64,000 bases of DNA from Candidatus Latescibacterota bacterium (lineage in GTDB: Bacteria; Latescibacterota; UBA2968): assembly GCA_965204375.1 (NCBI GenBank), contig OZ241986.1, positions 1,440,001-1,504,000 on the forward strand, given 5' to 3'. The stretch's first letter is position 1; each line of letters begins with the position of its first letter. Positions 9,338 through 18,241 of this stretch are shown here, piece by piece. Both the position numbers and the translations under genes were made by a program. The notes under the pieces were generated by a model. It saw nothing but the letters and a program-made list of their open reading frames with translations, had not been told where the DNA came from and ran no database searches.

Positions 9338-9509
9338 GATGTGATTCCTCGTTCATAGTTCATAGATTATCTTCTCAAATATGTATAGTCTCTTCTCGTC
9401 AAATGTCAAGGTCTTTCCCATAATAATTTTTCTTGCTCGCGGACGGGGGTCTCATTACATTGGGCGGCGTTTTATAGATTGATCTTTACATTTCTGATTG
9501 GAGGATGTT

Positions 9510-10568
9510 ATGGCAGCAGAGCTGGGTTTTGGCGTTGTAGGACTGGGTATGGGCACGAACCACTGTCGGTCTGTTACTCGGGCTAATGGTGCGAAGTTGG
9601 TGGCTGTATGCGATGTGGATGAGGAGCGTTTGGGGCCAACGGCTAAAGAATACGGGTGCAAGGCTTATACGAGTTATGAAGAGATGCTTCAGGACGATGA
9701 GGTTCAGGTCGTCAATATTTGTGTTGAGTCTGGAAAGCACGCTACATTGGGTATTCAGGCCGCAGATGCTGGCAAGCACATGATCGTTGAGAAGCCCGCG
9801 GATATTACGCCTGAGCGCGTTGATCAGCTAATTGGTGCGGTGAAGGATGCCGGCGTAAAGGTCGGATGTATTTTTCAAGCGCGCTTGGAACCTCTAAACA
9901 GGCGGATCAAAGAAGCGGTTGATAGCGGTAAGCTGGGCAAGTTGATCGGTGTTCACGGCCATTTGCCCTGGTATCGCGCGGATAGCTATTATCAGGGCGC
10001 GCATGGATCATGGAAGGGAACGTGGGATCTCGATGGGGGAGGCTCACTGATGAATCAGGGCGTGCATACTGTCGATTTGATTCAGTGGCTGGCTGGGGGT
10101 GTCGAGTCTGTGATGGGTATGTTCGGCGTTTTTGGACACGATATCGAAGCTGAAGATCAGACTGTGGCGTTGTTCAAGTTTAAGAATGGCGCGATTGGCA
10201 CGGTTTATACGACGACTTGCTGCTATCCAGGGCTTCCGCAACTGGTGACTATTTACGGCGAAAATGGGTCGATTATGAAAGATGCTTCGAAGCTGATTTC
10301 CTGGAAAATTCAGGGTGAGAACGAGGCATCAGAAGAAGCCGAGATGCTGGGTTTTTACGGCGATCAGGAAGACAAACAGAAGAATATTTCAGCAGATCCC
10401 CTGGCCGTCAGTTCTGATGGGCACACGTTGATCATCGAAGACCTCGTCGGGGCGATCAATGAAGACCGCGAGCCTATGATTGGTCTCGAAAGCGCGCGCC
10501 ATGCGGTGGAAATTATCACTGCGGTGTTTGAATCCGGGCGCACGGGGCGGGAAGTTAGGGTGGGGTAG
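9510..10568 (+). CDS. Gfo/Idh/MocA family oxidoreductase
   Basis: GVVGLGMG, VEKP, GGGSLMNQGVHTVD. Confidence 0.9.
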   Translation: MAAELGFGVVGLGMGTNHCRSVTRANGAKLVAVCDVDEERLGPTAKEYGCKAYTSYEEMLQDDEVQVVNICVESGKHATLGIQAADAGKHMIVEKPADITPERVDQLIGAVKDAGVKVGCIFQARLEPLNRRIKEAVDSGKLGKLIGVHGHLPWYRADSYYQGAHGSWKGTWDLDGGGSLMNQGVHTVDLIQWLAGGVESVMGMFGVFGHDIEAEDQTVALFKFKNGAIGTVYTTTCCYPGLPQLVTIYGENGSIMKDASKLISWKIQGENEASEEAEMLGFYGDQEDKQKNISADPLAVSSDGHTLIIEDLVGAINEDREPMIGLESARHAVEIITAVFESGRTGREVRVG

Positions 10569-10632
10569 GGGAAGTGTGGAACGGTGTACAACTGGTCGCA
10601 GTACAGACCAGTTCACTATGAAGTGGAAAGTG

Positions 10633-10663
10633 AAAAAAGCCAGATATTTTGTCTGGCTTTTTT
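10633..10663. terminator. Bidirectional terminator
   Basis: AAAAAAGCCAGA-loop-TCTGGCTTTTTT between convergent genes. Confidence 0.75.
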
Positions 10664-10664
10664 A

Positions 10665-11024
10665 TTATAGATTATAGCCGGGGAATGCCTCTGCCATCGC
10701 CGCTTTGTCCGTTCCTGCGAATAGCCGGTCGCCCGTATATATCAGTGGTCGGCGTATCAGTCGGGGCTGTTCGGCCATGAGGCGAAGTAGTTCGTCCGAG
10801 GACACTTCTTCCCGGTCGAGTTTTAGCGTTCGCGCCGAAGGACTCCGCCACGAAAATATATCGGCTGGCGGAGTGTCGCCGAGTAATTCCCGGAGTTCTT
10901 CCTCAGAGAACTCCTCTTTGAAGAAATCCCTTTCTTCAAAATTCACGTCTTCTCGTGAAAGCCACGCTTTCACCTTGCGGCAGGTGCTTCATCTGTTCCA
11001 GGTATAAAAGTTGATTTTGGACAT
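10665..11024 (-). CDS. ArsC/Spx/YffB-family thioredoxin-fold protein, probable selenoprotein (UxxC)
   Basis: ATG at 11024 with CAGGAG RBS reads MSKINFYTWNR-TGA-STCRKVKAWL, in frame with ORF 10665..10973 (...PRLIRRPLI). The TGA at 10991-10989 aligns with the first Cys of the family CSTCRK motif. Confidence 0.8.
10955..10973 (-). promoter_or_regulatory. Candidate bacterial SECIS hairpin
   Basis: mRNA GUGAAAGC-GUG-GCUUUCAC forms a perfect 8-bp stem with a G-starting apical loop, beginning 15 nt after the in-frame UGA. Confidence 0.6.
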
Positions 11025-11049
11025 GGATAGCTCCTGTATGTTCCATTAT

Positions 11050-13743
11050 TTACATTGAGACGCCCAGAAGCCCTCGGGTAAATTGGAAGTCTGTGTTACC
11101 TGTGAGAGGTGTTTTGGGCGTGTATTGACGAGAGGCGACGGCGATGATCTGGCGCAAGAGGGCGTCGGCATTGTGTTTGGCGTTGGCGTTGAAGATGAGG
11201 TCAAAGTCATCGCCGTAGGAATGAGCGACGCGTTCTTCGGCGATTGTTTGAAGCATGGGGGTGAGGGGATGGCCCTGCAATGGGTGATCGCCCGAGTAGG
11301 CGACGATGAGGTGGACGCCTGTGCCGCCCAATCCCGTGAGGGTTTCTACCCAGTGGTCGGTCTGGCTGTCCATGATGTGATAGCCCGGTTGGGCGGGATT
11401 TTGCCCATGTGCGAGAGTGGGCGCAGGTGGTGTGATGCCCAGAACTTCGGATTGGTAGATGGAATGAGACAGAAAACTCGCATTGTCGGGTACAATGAGC
11501 GTGGCACCTGTGCCGATCAGGGTTTGGGTTAGGATGGCGAGGGATTGCGCGGCTATATCGGAAATAGAACCAGAAGCGTGAAGACCGACGCTGAGTGCGG
11601 ACAGGCTGGCGGGAATGATTTCAGGGGGAGGAGTGTGTGCGAATTGGTCGAGAAAATAGGCTTCGACCTTGTCGAGAACGGCATCGATACCGCCGTCGAG
11701 TTGCACACTGGCCCATCCAAATGCATCGGGGCTGATCCCTTTGTCGTCCAGCGCGTGTCGAATATAGTCGTTGTGGGTCTTTTCACAGCCGTGTTCCAAC
11801 AACAGGCAGGTGTGTACGAGGGGGTGGGTGAGGTAGCCGAGCATGGTGCGCGTGTAGAGGCGTTCGGTGGCTTCTCCCGATACGCCGCATCCTTCGGTGT
11901 GCGCGAGGGCGACAAAGCGCGAGATGCCCTTGTTGAGACCCAGACCCCTTTCTGTGAGGCGTTTTGCCGCCATCAGCGCGATTTGCCCCGAACACAGGCT
12001 GGTGGGCAGAATCAGGCCCAGGCGGTCGGTTGTGAATCCGTCTTGGGTGCGAATGGCCTCAAAGCTGTGTTCGTCGGCGTCCAATGCCTGAATAGCGAGC
12101 GGCACGCCCTGGGGTTCGGGTCGGTTCTTGAGGTCGGGCAGGTGATCTGTTGAGATCTGTCGCCAGGTGCGCCATATCGAGACTTGTGCGTGTGCGGCTT
12201 TTTCGCCTTTGCTGCGTTCTCCCGAGGCGATTTTGCAGGTCAGGTCAAACATATCGCTGCCGAGGTCGTCCATGGAGGTACCGTCCAGGTATGCACCCGC
12301 GTTGACATCCATATCTTTACTGAGCAACTGATAGCGTTCGGAAGTGGTCACGATCTTGATGGTGGGCACAAAGGGGAAGTTTGTGATTGAGCCATTGCCC
12401 GTGATGAAGAAGATCATATTACATCCGGAAGCTACTTGTCCGGCAATGCTTTCGAGATCATTGCCCGGGCTGTCCATGAAATAGTATCCCGGATTGACCA
12501 TAGGCTCTGCGTAATCAATGACAGAATCGAGACGGACGTCCGGGTGGCGTTTCATGGCCGCGCCGATTGATTTGAGTACGATGTTGTAGAGACCGCGAAA
12601 CTTGTTGCCTCCGGATGGGTTGCCTTCTGCTGTTGTGCCATGCCATGCAGCGAGGGTTTTATAGGCTTCCACTTTGTCGAGAAAGCATTGGGCGACATCG
12701 TAAGATGAGACATTTTGGAGGACATAGGACTCTGCGCCGATGAGTTCGTCGGTTTCTGCGAGGTTGGCTGATCCGCCGTGGCGAATCATTTCTCTTGCTA
12801 CCCACGACGCCAATGGGTTGCCAGAGATGCCCGAGAATGCGTCTGATCCGCCGCATTGCAGTGCGATTTTGATGTGCGATAGGGGCTCGGGTGTGCGGAT
12901 CATTGCCTGGACTTGTGGCAACCATTTGGCAATGATATTTTCACCTTGTTGTAGCGCGTTTTCAAAGCTGCCTTCAAGTGTGAGAAATTGATGCAGGACG
13001 TGGTCGATGGGATAGTTGTTTTGCGCGAGAAATTCCCGGAGGTGCTGATTGGTGATGGCTTCGTGACCGTAGTCAATCGCGAGTACTGCACCGACGTTTG
13101 GATGTACTGCAAATCCGGCGAGTGTACGCAATAAGAGGTCTTTGTTATTGGGGATTTCAGTGCCGCCGCCTTCGGTGTGGGCAACTGCAACAATGCCATC
13201 GATATTGTGATAATCTCGCTCCTGGTCTTTTAATCTCGCTTCGAGCTGTTTGGCATAACTCGCAGTGCGAGAAGATGTTCCCAGTATAACAATATTATTT
13301 CGCGTGCCTACGCCTCTGCCTCCCGATCTTTTGTATCCCTGAAAAGTGGCGTAATGATCATAGCGTTTGACTTGATCGCCCGCCTCAAAGGTGGCCTCAT
13401 CAATCTGGTGTGGAACAATGCGGTCTTCAAAGTTGGGCATCTCTGGAAGCTCAAAGTCGAGATCGCGGAGTTTAAGGGCGTCGAGAATCTCCGGGTTGCA
13501 GACATAATCTCCGGGAGATATATGGTGTGTTGCAATACCAAAGGGCAAACCCCATGAGAGAAGGGGGGCGCCAGGTGCTATGGATTGGATGGCAAAACGA
13601 TGGCCTTCGAGGATGGTGTGCCGAAGCGAGAAGGTGCGATCTGAATGGATAATCTGCGTGTCTCTGTCCAGTTTTCGGGTCGCAATGCCGACATTGTCTC
13701 CCGGAAGAGGAAGACGACCGATTTCAGAAAAAGTATGTGTCAT
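11050..13743 (-). CDS. UxaA/GarD family (altronate/galactarate dehydratase-like) protein with duplicated C-terminal module
   Basis: SAF domain (DNVGIA, GHRFAI, WGLPFG), GRGVGTRN, LQCGGSDAFSG.SGNP, NPSGGN, FITGNG. A second copy of the HTEG(G/C)G region follows. Likely start MTHTFSE at 13743. Confidence 0.85.
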   Translation of the reverse strand: MTHTFSEIGRLPLPGDNVGIATRKLDRDTQIIHSDRTFSLRHTILEGHRFAIQSIAPGAPLLSWGLPFGIATHHISPGDYVCNPEILDALKLRDLDFELPEMPNFEDRIVPHQIDEATFEAGDQVKRYDHYATFQGYKRSGGRGVGTRNNIVILGTSSRTASYAKQLEARLKDQERDYHNIDGIVAVAHTEGGGTEIPNNKDLLLRTLAGFAVHPNVGAVLAIDYGHEAITNQHLREFLAQNNYPIDHVLHQFLTLEGSFENALQQGENIIAKWLPQVQAMIRTPEPLSHIKIALQCGGSDAFSGISGNPLASWVAREMIRHGGSANLAETDELIGAESYVLQNVSSYDVAQCFLDKVEAYKTLAAWHGTTAEGNPSGGNKFRGLYNIVLKSIGAAMKRHPDVRLDSVIDYAEPMVNPGYYFMDSPGNDLESIAGQVASGCNMIFFITGNGSITNFPFVPTIKIVTTSERYQLLSKDMDVNAGAYLDGTSMDDLGSDMFDLTCKIASGERSKGEKAAHAQVSIWRTWRQISTDHLPDLKNRPEPQGVPLAIQALDADEHSFEAIRTQDGFTTDRLGLILPTSLCSGQIALMAAKRLTERGLGLNKGISRFVALAHTEGCGVSGEATERLYTRTMLGYLTHPLVHTCLLLEHGCEKTHNDYIRHALDDKGISPDAFGWASVQLDGGIDAVLDKVEAYFLDQFAHTPPPEIIPASLSALSVGLHASGSISDIAAQSLAILTQTLIGTGATLIVPDNASFLSHSIYQSEVLGITPPAPTLAHGQNPAQPGYHIMDSQTDHWVETLTGLGGTGVHLIVAYSGDHPLQGHPLTPMLQTIAEERVAHSYGDDFDLIFNANAKHNADALLRQIIAVASRQYTPKTPLTGNTDFQFTRGLLGVSM

Positions 13744-13773
13744 GGGTTGCGTTCCTTTGAAAGTTTGTTCACA

Positions 13774-13802
13774 GTTATACGGAAAAGAAAAAACGATGTC
13801 AA
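13774..13802 (-). promoter_or_regulatory. Candidate sigma70 promoter for the uxaA-like gene
   Basis: Minus strand TTGACA-17 nt-TATAAC. Confidence 0.45.
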
Positions 13803-13924
13803 GGGGTATGAGGTAAGAGGTAAGCACAGACAGCGCAACGCATAGCCCACCCATCTCGTCTCGCTCCGTATAACATCCTGCGAGGCAGGCTCTTTTACAT
13901 ATCACATATCCCCCAAAAAATACC

Positions 13925-13998
13925 TTGACAGATCGCATAATTTTGGTTTATGTTTCTACCAGTTGTTTTATTAGCAAAACATTAGTTAAACGGCTAAA
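13925..13998 (+). promoter_or_regulatory. Candidate promoter and DtxR-type operator(s) of the dtxR-feoAB operon
   Basis: TTGACA(13925)-18-TATGTT. Palindromes TGTTTT-N6-AAAACA (13964-13981) and TTAG-N8-CTAA (13982-13997). Confidence 0.4.
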
Positions 13999-14029
13999 CA
14001 TAGTTGTATATCGCTCGGGGGGTGGTCAT

Positions 14030-14554
14030 ATGATGGCATCGGATGTATGGAAAGAATACGAGAGCAATGAGATTTCTCACAGTGTTGCTCATCATCTAAC
14101 TGCCATTCACGAGTTGATGGGCGATCAGGGCTATGCGCGGGTTTCGGATGTGGCGCGTGCGCTGGAGATTACCCGGGGCAGTGCATCGCTGACGCTCAAA
14201 GCCCTCAAGGCACGCGGGCTGGTCGTGGAAGATCACAATAAGTTTTTGAAATTATCCGAAGATGGCCGTCGCATTGTCGATTCTATTTTAGCCAAACGCG
14301 CCGTTGTTCGCAAATTTCTCAATGAAGTGCTCAAGCTCGATGAGCATCAAGCCGAAGTGGATGCGTGCAAGGTCGAGCATCTTTTAAGCGCGCAAACTGG
14401 CGGGCAACTGCTGCATTTTGTGCGTTTTTTGCTCTCTGATGATCCCACTGCGCGGCAATTTCTCGCCGAGTTCTGGTCCAAGCTGGATCAGAATGAAGAG
14501 TGGCAGTGGCCCGTTCAGGATGTCGATCAATTATTCAATATGGAGTCTCGATAA
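14030..14554 (+). CDS. DtxR/MntR family metal-dependent transcriptional regulator
   Basis: ARVSDVARALEITRGSAS HTH and AEVDACKVEHLLS metal-binding motif. Directly upstream of feoAB. Confidence 0.88.
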   Translation: MMASDVWKEYESNEISHSVAHHLTAIHELMGDQGYARVSDVARALEITRGSASLTLKALKARGLVVEDHNKFLKLSEDGRRIVDSILAKRAVVRKFLNEVLKLDEHQAEVDACKVEHLLSAQTGGQLLHFVRFLLSDDPTARQFLAEFWSKLDQNEEWQWPVQDVDQLFNMESR

Positions 14555-14790
14555 TGGCAATTGCAACAACAACACCGATTTCTTTATGGGATCGAGGTGA
14601 TGAAGGTGTTATTGAAGGCATTTCAGGTACGAATCAACTGGCGGCCCGACTGCGCGAGGTCGGTGCTATGCCAGGCGTACCTGTGCGCGTGTTACGCGTG
14701 GGTTGTCCCGTGGTCATTCAGGTGGGTAGTAGCAGGTTTTGTTTGCGAAAATCCGATGCGGAGTGCATCAAAGGAAAGAAAGCGGCCTGA
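14554..14790 (+). CDS. feoA: Ferrous iron transport protein A
   Basis: RLREVGAMPG...GCPVVIQVGSSRFCLRKSDA. TAATG overlap with the regulator. Confidence 0.85.
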   Translation: MAIATTTPISLWDRGDEGVIEGISGTNQLAARLREVGAMPGVPVRVLRVGCPVVIQVGSSRFCLRKSDAECIKGKKAA

Positions 14791-14796
14791 TTTCTT

Positions 14797-16977
14797 ATGG
14801 CAATGGATATAGCGGATCGAGAACGACTATCTGTTGGGCAGTCTATGGTCGCTGTGGTTGGGAACCCCAACACGGGCAAGACAACGCTTTTTAATGCCCT
14901 GACGGGACTTTCGCAGCGCGTGGGAAATTTCCCCGGTGTTACGGTTGAGCGCAAGGTCGGACAAGCGGCATTGCCCGGTGTGGGAGCGATCGACTTGCTG
15001 GATTTGCCCGGTACATACAGTCTTTCCGCGCGGTCTCCCGATGAAGTCATTGCCGTCGAAGCATTGATGGGGTTGTTGGAAGGCGAACGCACTATTCGCG
15101 CTGTGCTCGTGGTTCTCGACGCCAGCAATTTGAGGCGCAATTTATACGTTGTATCTCAACTTCTCGAAATTGATTTGCCCCTGGTTGTGGCCCTCAATAT
15201 GTCGGATGTGGCCAAGGCCAGGGGCATTGTTATTGATGAAGCTGCTTTGAGCGAGCGTTTGGGTGCTGCTGTTATTTCCATACAGGCCAATAAACGCCTG
15301 GGACTTGACGAGTTAAAAGACGCGCTTGCGCAAACTCTCGAAAGGAGACAGGTTCCATCTTATAGCGGGGCATTGCCGCAATCCTGGTGGGAAGAAGCCG
15401 AGCAGTTGGCGCGAAAATACGAAGGTGTATCTACTGGCCTGGTGCTGCGCGCTTTGATCGACAATCAAAGCATCTTTGCATCCCATGTTGCAGAACGGTT
15501 TGGCGACGACTTTGCCGCCGATATTCGCGCTTTACACGCGCGGGCCAATACAGAAGATGCGCTGGCGAGTCGAGAGATTGAATCGCGCTATCGATGGGTT
15601 GATGAGGTCCTCGATGGCGTACTGCGCGATCCCGAACCGCTTCGCGTGACCCGTTCTGATCGTTTGGATCGGTTCTTGACCCACCCGCTGTGGGGCAGCC
15701 TGACTTTTGCTGTGCTAATGGCCTTTGTTTTTCAATCGATTTTTTCCTGGGCCGCACCGCTAATGGATGGTATTGACGCGCTATTCGGAGTGCTCGGTGG
15801 GTGGGCTACTGGCTCTCTTCCCGAGGGAGCGCTGCAAAGTATGGTGGTGGATGGGGTGATTGCCGGGGTGGGAGGCGTGGTCATTTTTTTGCCCCAAATA
15901 TGCATTTTGTTTCTCTTTATTGCCGTGCTCGAAGATTGTGGTTATTTGGCTCGTGCAGCGCTGTTGATGGATCGCCTGTTAACGCCGTGCGGGTTGTCGG
16001 GCAAGTCGTTTATTCCGCTGCTGTCGAGTTTTGCCTGTGCGATTCCGGGGGTGATGGCGACGCGGACGATTGATGATTCCAAAGATCGCATTGCCACGAT
16101 GCTGGTCGCCCCATTGATGAGTTGTTCTGCGCGTTTACCGGTGTACGCTATTTTTATTGGGGCTTTTATTCCCGCCCAAACGATTTGGGGAGGCATTGGA
16201 TTGCAGGGGCTTACGCTTTTTGCGCTGTATTGCGTGGGGATTTTTGTGGCAATTCCCGTTGCGTGGATTTTGAAGAAGACATTGCTAAAAGGTCAGCCTG
16301 CGCCTTTTGTACTCGAGATGCCGTCCTACAAAATACCAGATGTTGGCACTGTTGGGATGCGTATTTATCAAAGTGGGCGGCATTTTATCGAGAGAGCCGG
16401 CACATTGATTCTCGCCGCGACGATTGTAATGTGGGCGCTGGCGTATTTCCCACGGTCTGAGACGATTACCGCGCATTACGAGGCCGAGCGCGAACGGTTG
16501 GCAGGGGCATCGGAGGAAGTCCTGGATGATTTGCGCGCAAAGGAAGTCGGCGAGATGCTCCAGCAGAGTTTTCTGGGGCGGATGGGACATGCTATTGAAC
16601 CAGTCGTAGAGCCATTGGGGTGGGATTGGCGGATTGGGATGGCGGCGCTGGCATCTTTCCCTGCGCGGGAAGTGATTGTTGCCGTTCTGGGCACGATTTA
16701 CAGTCTGGGAGAGGTGGATGAGGAATCGGCGTCGCTTAGAGACGCGCTTCAGTCTGCGACCTGGTCCGATGGGCGAAAGGTGTTTAATATCCCGGTTGCA
16801 CTGTCTATTATGGTGTTTTTTGCACTGTGCGCGCAGTGCGTTTCTACGCTTGCGGTTATTCAACGAGAGACGGGCACCTGGCGGTGGCCTGTGCTAACTT
16901 TTGTTTATATGACGGTGCTCGCCTATATCGGCGCATTTGTGACTTATCGCCTTGGTATGGCACTTGGATGGGGGTAA
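14797..16977 (+). CDS. feoB: Ferrous iron transport protein B
   Basis: GNPNTGKT, GNFPGVTVE, DLPGTYSL, NMSD G-domain. Gate motifs SFACAIPG and PLMSCSARLPVY. Confidence 0.97.
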   Translation: MAMDIADRERLSVGQSMVAVVGNPNTGKTTLFNALTGLSQRVGNFPGVTVERKVGQAALPGVGAIDLLDLPGTYSLSARSPDEVIAVEALMGLLEGERTIRAVLVVLDASNLRRNLYVVSQLLEIDLPLVVALNMSDVAKARGIVIDEAALSERLGAAVISIQANKRLGLDELKDALAQTLERRQVPSYSGALPQSWWEEAEQLARKYEGVSTGLVLRALIDNQSIFASHVAERFGDDFAADIRALHARANTEDALASREIESRYRWVDEVLDGVLRDPEPLRVTRSDRLDRFLTHPLWGSLTFAVLMAFVFQSIFSWAAPLMDGIDALFGVLGGWATGSLPEGALQSMVVDGVIAGVGGVVIFLPQICILFLFIAVLEDCGYLARAALLMDRLLTPCGLSGKSFIPLLSSFACAIPGVMATRTIDDSKDRIATMLVAPLMSCSARLPVYAIFIGAFIPAQTIWGGIGLQGLTLFALYCVGIFVAIPVAWILKKTLLKGQPAPFVLEMPSYKIPDVGTVGMRIYQSGRHFIERAGTLILAATIVMWALAYFPRSETITAHYEAERERLAGASEEVLDDLRAKEVGEMLQQSFLGRMGHAIEPVVEPLGWDWRIGMAALASFPAREVIVAVLGTIYSLGEVDEESASLRDALQSATWSDGRKVFNIPVALSIMVFFALCAQCVSTLAVIQRETGTWRWPVLTFVYMTVLAYIGAFVTYRLGMALGWG

Positions 16978-16981
16978 TGGT

Positions 16982-17143
16982 ATGGCCGACTGGCAAAATT
17001 GGATCGCGGTTGTAGTGGCACTCTGGTGTGCCTATCGCGTCATTGGCGAAATTATAAAGCCTTTTTTGGCTTCGTCGTGTACGGGTTGCGGTGGTGCGTG
17101 TGAAGAGGAAGCAAAGCGCGAGGATTTGATTGAGATTGAGTGA
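16982..17143 (+). CDS. Small FeoB-associated Cys-rich membrane protein
   Basis: One TM helix followed by CTGCGGAC, directly after feoB. Confidence 0.7.
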   Translation: MADWQNWIAVVVALWCAYRVIGEIIKPFLASSCTGCGGACEEEAKREDLIEIE

Positions 17144-17174
17144 GTAGGAAAATACGGGCGTTTCGCTTTTTTTG

Positions 17175-17214
17175 AAAACCCTTCAATCTACTGGATTGAA
17201 GGGTTTTTCTTTTC
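17175..17214 (+). terminator. Terminator of the feo operon
   Basis: AAAACCCTTCAATC-TACTG-GATTGAAGGGTTTT perfect stem with T-rich tail. Confidence 0.8.
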
Positions 17215-17241
17215 TTGACCGGATCTCTTGATTTTTATATT

Positions 17242-17278
17242 TTTAGCTTTGACTAAATTTTATTTTAGCACTAATATA
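17242..17278 (+). promoter_or_regulatory. Candidate MntR/SirR-type operator of the tro operon
   Basis: TTTAG-CTTTGA-CTAAA (TTTAG-N6-CTAAA, same geometry as staphylococcal MntR/SirR boxes) and a second TTAG-CA-CTAA in an AT-rich promoter region. Confidence 0.55.
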
Positions 17279-17326
17279 AGAAGTATTGTAGCCCTGTATA
17301 ATGTTAGATATTTTTACGGAGGGTGT

Positions 17327-18241
17327 ATGTACAGATTTTTTATTATGGCTGGCGTTTTGTTGCTGTGTGCGTGTGGCGGTGGCAAAACGCCGCTGGTTGA
17401 AGAAAATAAAAAGCTGGTGGTGTGTACGACCGGGATGGTCGGCGATCTGGTGCGCCATGTTGCGGGGGATCGCGCAGAGGTGTTTTCCCTGATGGGACCT
17501 GGTATTGATCCGCATTATTACAAAGCGACGCAGGGCGATTTGCAGAAGCTATCTCGAGCAGATGTGATATTTTACAATGGTCTCTTTCTGGAAGGCAAGC
17601 TGGAAGGTATTTTTGAAAAGATGGCGCGCAGCAAGACGGTGATTCCCGTATCGCGGGATATTTCCAAAGATAGGTTGCGCAAACCGGTTGCTGGACAAGG
17701 AGAGCACGACCCGCATATCTGGTTTGACGTCGGCATGTGGGCAGAAACCCTGCCTGTGGTTGTTCAGGCACTGATCGGGATTGACGCCGATGGTGCAGAT
17801 GTATTTCGCGCCAATGCAGAGGCGTATCGCAAGCAATTGTTCGATCTCGACGCCTGGGCAAAAGCGCAGATTGCACGTATTCCCAGCGACCAGCGCGTGT
17901 TGATTACAGCACATGACGCCTTTGGATATTTTGGTCTTGCTTACGGCATTGAAGTACGCGGGCTTCAGGGGATTTCGACTGTGGCGGAATACGGCGTCAA
18001 CGATGTGTCGATGCTGGTGGATTTTATAGTCAAACGGCAGGTAAAAGCCATTTTTGTGGAAAGCAGTGTGCCCGAGCACTCGATCAATGCCGTGCGCGAG
18101 GGGTGTAAAGCGAGAGGATGGGATGTCGCAATTGGCGGTACGCTGTATTCCGACGCGATGGGACCCACGGGCAGTGGGGCCGATACGTACATCGGTATGA
18201 TGAGGTCAAATGTGAACACAATTGTCGAGGCATTAAGATAA
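17327..18241 (+). CDS. troA: Mn/Zn/Fe ABC transporter substrate-binding lipoprotein (TroA)
   Basis: Lipobox LCAC, GPGIDPHYY, DPHIWFD, LITAHDAFGYFG, LYSDAMG. Confidence 0.9.
   Translation: MYRFFIMAGVLLLCACGGGKTPLVEENKKLVVCTTGMVGDLVRHVAGDRAEVFSLMGPGIDPHYYKATQGDLQKLSRADVIFYNGLFLEGKLEGIFEKMARSKTVIPVSRDISKDRLRKPVAGQGEHDPHIWFDVGMWAETLPVVVQALIGIDADGADVFRANAEAYRKQLFDLDAWAKAQIARIPSDQRVLITAHDAFGYFGLAYGIEVRGLQGISTVAEYGVNDVSMLVDFIVKRQVKAIFVESSVPEHSINAVREGCKARGWDVAIGGTLYSDAMGPTGSGADTYIGMMRSNVNTIVEALR

Noticed and set aside
9338-9420. LexA box upstream of the SRAP gene
   Set aside because: GTTC-N3-GTTC does not fit the known CTGT-N8-ACAG, GAAC-N4-GTTC or GTTC-N7-GTTC boxes.
10665-11024. Pseudogene interpretation of the ArsC-like gene
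   Set aside because: The only lesion is a TGA exactly at the catalytic Cys position with a downstream hairpin, so Sec recoding is more parsimonious, though unproven.
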